From Fimbriimonadales bacterium (GTDB lineage Bacteria > Armatimonadota > Fimbriimonadia > Fimbriimonadales > JABRVX01): a DNA stretch of 64,000 bases. How positions within the stretch are numbered: position 1 is the stretch's first letter; every line of letters starts with the position of its first letter. Below are positions 60,656 through 64,000 of this stretch, in pieces. The position numbers were made by a program, and so were the translations under genes. The notes beneath the pieces are model-generated. The model worked only from the letters and a program-made list of their open reading frames with translations, searched no databases and was not told the DNA's origin. The stretch lies in the NCBI GenBank assembly GCA_045862955.1, contig BTVI01000001.1, forward strand, positions 1 through 64,000, read 5' to 3'.

Positions 60656-62439
60656 TGGATCACTCCGTTCTCACCAGCGTCAGGCCTGAGCCGCCAGTGG
60701 GTCACCAGGTACGAGGCAATCTTCTGGAACACCGGCCCTGCCACGAGGCCGCCATAGTAGCCGTTGCGCGGCTCGTCGACTAGTACCAATACCACGGCCC
60801 GCGTGTTCTCGCTGGGCACCAGCCCCACGAAATAGGAGTCGTATAACGAGTTCGAGATTCGCTTGGTGATCGGGTCGGTGCGTTGGGCCGTACCCGTTTT
60901 TCCGCCGACGTGAAAACCAGGAACAGCGGCGCTGTGACCCGTGCCGGCCGGATCCTCCACGACGCCGGTCAACATCTGCCTCACCAGCCGAGCGACTTCG
61001 GGAGACACCACCTGCTTACCGGGTCGAACCGGATAGTCGCGGCCGTCCACGCTCGCAACCAGTCGGGGATGAACCGCTCGCCCGTCGTTTGCGAAAGCAC
61101 ACATCGCAGCGGCGAGGGCCAGAGGCGTTACCGACACACTCTGGCCGAATCCGAGCACGGCGAGTTGGTGTGCAGGATTGCCCCACGTCTCGGGTGGTGG
61201 CAGCAATCCTCTGGTTTCGCCGGGAAGCCCAACGCCAGTCTTGTCTACGCAGCCGAAGGCGTGGATGAACTCGACGAACCTTTCGGCGCCCAACCGCTGC
61301 GCAAATTCACCTGCTGCCAAATTGCAGCTCCTCACGATCGCCATATAGGGGTTCAGCGCGCCATGGGCACGTTTGCCACCATGAAGAGCGCACCGTGTAT
61401 CGCGCCCCCCGAACTTGCGTACGCCTGGGCAATAGGTTTGCGTTTCCGGAGACACCACCCCGGTCTCGAGAGCCGCAGCCACCGTGAACACTTTGAAGAC
61501 CGAACCCGGCGGGAAGGCCAAGCTGACACACGAGTTGCGCAGGGGAGACGAGTTCTCGTTCCGGTATCTCGTGCGAAGAGCCGCACCAGGATCGTTGGGG
61601 TCGAAGTCGGGCCAGCTAACCATCGCAAGCACATCGCCGGTTTTCGGCTCCATAACCACCACTGCTACCGTGGAAGGTGTGTGTTTGGTGATCACTTCGG
61701 CAATGGCCTCGGTGGCGGCTTGTTGGATGTCCAGGTCTATGGTCAGTCGCACGGTCTTACCGTGGCGCGCCGGCGTGTACCTCTCCCGATGGCCGGGTAG
61801 CACGTATCCTCGAGCGTCGGTCGGCCCGACGATGACACCATCCACCCCAGTCAGTATTGCGTTCTGCGCCTGTTCGATGCCGCCCAACGCATCGCCGGCT
61901 TCGTTCACGAAGCCTATCACATGCGATGCCAAGCGACCATTGGCGTACACCCGCTTCGAGACCGACTCCAAAGAGAGGCCATCTGCTCTCCAGGAGCGGG
62001 CCAAAGCGCGTAGTTGGGCGGCCTGTTCCTTGCTGAGGCCCGTGGCGACCACGTGACAGGCATTCGGGTTGCGCAGGAGGAGCATACTGACTTCGGCAGG
62101 CGAGACGCCGGCAACCGAAGCAATCGCAGCATGAAATGCCGGACTTTCGGGACAACGACTCGGGGTCAGTCCCAGGCGGTAGGTGACTACGGAAGTTGCG
62201 AGCGGCCGACCGTTCCGGTCCGTGATGTCGCCTCGCCTCGCGGGCACTGGAACGCTCTTTTGCAGTCGTGCTTGCCCTTCGCGCAGATACTTCTCATAAT
62301 CCTGCACCTGCATCGCCCAAAGGCGCACGACAACGGTGCAGAAACCGGCGATCAGCAACAGCGCCGGCAGGATCAGGCGACGACGAACGGCCCGGATTTC
62401 ACGTGCGTCCGTTGCCAAACGTACCTCCCACGCTAGCAT
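60652..62439 (-). CDS. ftsI: Class B penicillin-binding protein (FtsI/SpoVD-like)
   Basis: RG.I.DRNG, PGSVFK (SxxK), SCN, KTGTAQ. Confidence 0.92.
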   Translation of the reverse strand: MLAWEVRLATDAREIRAVRRRLILPALLLIAGFCTVVVRLWAMQVQDYEKYLREGQARLQKSVPVPARRGDITDRNGRPLATSVVTYRLGLTPSRCPESPAFHAAIASVAGVSPAEVSMLLLRNPNACHVVATGLSKEQAAQLRALARSWRADGLSLESVSKRVYANGRLASHVIGFVNEAGDALGGIEQAQNAILTGVDGVIVGPTDARGYVLPGHRERYTPARHGKTVRLTIDLDIQQAATEAIAEVITKHTPSTVAVVVMEPKTGDVLAMVSWPDFDPNDPGAALRTRYRNENSSPLRNSCVSLAFPPGSVFKVFTVAAALETGVVSPETQTYCPGVRKFGGRDTRCALHGGKRAHGALNPYMAIVRSCNLAAGEFAQRLGAERFVEFIHAFGCVDKTGVGLPGETRGLLPPPETWGNPAHQLAVLGFGQSVSVTPLALAAAMCAFANDGRAVHPRLVASVDGRDYPVRPGKQVVSPEVARLVRQMLTGVVEDPAGTGHSAAVPGFHVGGKTGTAQRTDPITKRISNSLYDSYFVGLVPSENTRAVVLVLVDEPRNGYYGGLVAGPVFQKIASYLVTHWRLRPDAGENGVIQ

Positions 62440-62911
62440 ACGGCGTGGTGCCGCCCGAGTCCTCGGTCCCGCGGCCTCCCTGCTCGTCGAGCACTACCAG
62501 GCTGCTACCTAGCACCATGTCATGCGCCGCAGCCCAACGGGAGATTCGTAAGGCCGCCGTGCGCTCGTCCACTTCAGCGCGCAGCGCCTGGTTTCGAGCG
62601 ACTACCGCCTCCAATCGCCCTTGCAAATTCACTACATCGGCTCTCGTCTGCTCGGCGAGGATGGAGCCGACAAACCCGAAACCCAGGTGGGCTGATAGCG
62701 CTAGCACGACAAAGCCGTAAGCGAAGGGCAATGCTCGCTTTCTCGGTCGGCGTCGGACTCTCGCGGTGGGGGACGCTACCACACTGCTTTGCCCGGCGGC
62801 GTTGGACTGCGGCATGCGGACCCGCACGTCGGTGGCAGGCACACGCGCGGCAATTCTGCCTCTCTTGCCCTGCCTCTCCTCTCTTACTCTCGGAGCAACC
62901 TTCGTTATCAT
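62399..62911 (-). CDS. ftsL: FtsL-like bitopic coiled-coil protein
   Basis: Between rsmH and ftsI; basic N-terminus, one TM, coiled coil, RI..WA...M. Confidence 0.6.
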   Translation of the reverse strand: MITKVAPRVREERQGKRGRIAARVPATDVRVRMPQSNAAGQSSVVASPTARVRRRPRKRALPFAYGFVVLALSAHLGFGFVGSILAEQTRADVVNLQGRLEAVVARNQALRAEVDERTAALRISRWAAAHDMVLGSSLVVLDEQGGRGTEDSGGTTPYASVGGTFGNGRT

Positions 62912-62922
62912 TCTCGATCCTC

Positions 62923-63864
62923 TTAGCCTGATATGCGTCGAGCCACTCTCAGCTTCGCGCTGCGTGCGCGAGGGTTCGTTCGAATCTCTTCGGCGGTAGG
63001 CCGAACTGGCTTTGGTGTGAGTACCTCCACCAGTTGCACCTTGCCGCAGCGACACTCGGGGACGCCGCGTTCGCAAATGCACTTTCCTGACAGCCGAGCA
63101 AAGGCACGCTTGATCTGCCGATCCTCTAGGCTGTGGTATGCGAGCACGGCGATGCGGCCTCCGGGTGACAGCAGACCGATAGCCTGCTCCACCGCGTCCT
63201 GCAAGCCCACGAGCTCGCCCGTAACCGCGCATCGGATGGCCTGGAACGTGCGGGTGGCGAAGTGGATCCTTCGGTCCCGCGCGTGCGGAGGCACTGCATC
63301 CGATACCGCCGCGACAAGGTCGCCGGTGGAGCGCATCCTGCCTTGTCGTACGCGGACGAGGATAGCCCTGGCAATCGCGCGTGCGTGGCGTTCCTCGCCG
63401 TACTCTTTCAGGATGCGCTCCAACTCGGCTTCGCTGGTGCTCCTCAGGAGATGTTCCGCTGTCCGACCCACCTGCGACCGGTCCATCCGCATATCGAGCG
63501 GTCCCTCCTGTTGAAAGGAGAAGCCCCTCTCAGCCCGGTCGAGGTGGGCCGAACAGACACCCAGGTCAGCGGTGATGACATCGGCGTGCCGGATACCGAG
63601 TTGCCCGAGCACTGCCGGGAGCTTCCGGAAATCGGAGTGGATGAAGTGCTTCCTGCACACCAGCTCCGCAAGCCTCTCCTTGGCCCGCTCCAAAAGCTCC
63701 GCGTCCCAATCCAGACCTACCAGAGTCCCTTCCGGTCCAATCGCCGTCCCTAGCAAAGCTGCATGACCGCCCAACCCGAGGGTGGCATCCACTACGGTCT
63801 CGCCCCGTTGTGGAGCGGTATATCGAATGACCTCTAGGGCCATGACGGGCAGGTGCCCGGTCAT
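62923..63864 (-). CDS. rsmH: 16S rRNA m4C1402 methyltransferase
   Basis: H.PV, DATLGLGGH, DLGV, RGFSF, PLDMRMD, HSLEDR, NPRARSAKLR. Confidence 0.97.
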   Translation of the reverse strand: MTGHLPVMALEVIRYTAPQRGETVVDATLGLGGHAALLGTAIGPEGTLVGLDWDAELLERAKERLAELVCRKHFIHSDFRKLPAVLGQLGIRHADVITADLGVCSAHLDRAERGFSFQQEGPLDMRMDRSQVGRTAEHLLRSTSEAELERILKEYGEERHARAIARAILVRVRQGRMRSTGDLVAAVSDAVPPHARDRRIHFATRTFQAIRCAVTGELVGLQDAVEQAIGLLSPGGRIAVLAYHSLEDRQIKRAFARLSGKCICERGVPECRCGKVQLVEVLTPKPVRPTAEEIRTNPRARSAKLRVARRISG

Positions 63865-63867
63865 GCC

Positions 63868-63999
63868 TTACACTCCGGGTGTGTTGTGTGGGCCGGCGGA
63901 GGGCCGAAGCACCATGCGCCTAAGAGGCGTGCGGTTCTTTGCCTTGTACTCGGCGGGGTTCTTGCGCATTTCTGCGTAATCGTGGCCCCTCCAAATCTG
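63868..63999 (-). CDS. mraZ: Probable MraZ C-terminus (truncated by the window edge)
   Basis: Frame QIWRGHDY...TPGV* directly upstream of rsmH; (E/Q)IW motif and synteny. Confidence 0.55.
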   Translation of the reverse strand, partial: QIWRGHDYAEMRKNPAEYKAKNRTPLRRMVLRPSAGPHNTPGV

Positions 64000-64000
64000 A

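Overview
GC-rich bacterial chromosomal segment made mostly of housekeeping and metabolic genes. It is probably from Armatimonadota (inference from a PEP-CTERM protein, outer-membrane/lipoprotein features, and a Terrabacteria-type dcw cluster containing DUF881 and DUF1290/Sbp). Left to right: CHRD/PEP-CTERM protein; aldehyde dehydrogenase; SDR-photolyase-TIGR01777 operon; esterase; methyltransferase; serA-like plus DUF1015; recJ-rel-dtd-TPR; uvrB flanked on both sides by arrays of REP-like hairpins; a 1164-aa repeat-containing outer-membrane barrel candidate behind an orphan anti-sigma factor; an SSAP-like gene; hrcA; tRNA-Arg(GCG); TPR-nadK; pgk-gap; S8 protease; a REC-pseudokinase; Nudix; OsmC; a 42-aa lipoprotein; rocB-like divergent from an ArcE-like (arginine synthetase family) gene; a four-gene 2-oxoacid oxidoreductase whose delta subunit carries an inserted GltD-like flavin module; and the dcw cluster (mraZ to ftsZ) with a murC-ddl fusion and no murB. 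No CRISPR array, transposase, integrase or prophage was seen. Best candidates for new biology: the ArcE+RocB pair (a possible ATP-yielding Arg to citrulline to ornithine route), the anti-sigma/giant barrel operon, the PorD-GltD insertion enzyme and the modular hairpin arrays around uvrB. All family calls come from motif recognition by eye, not database searches.
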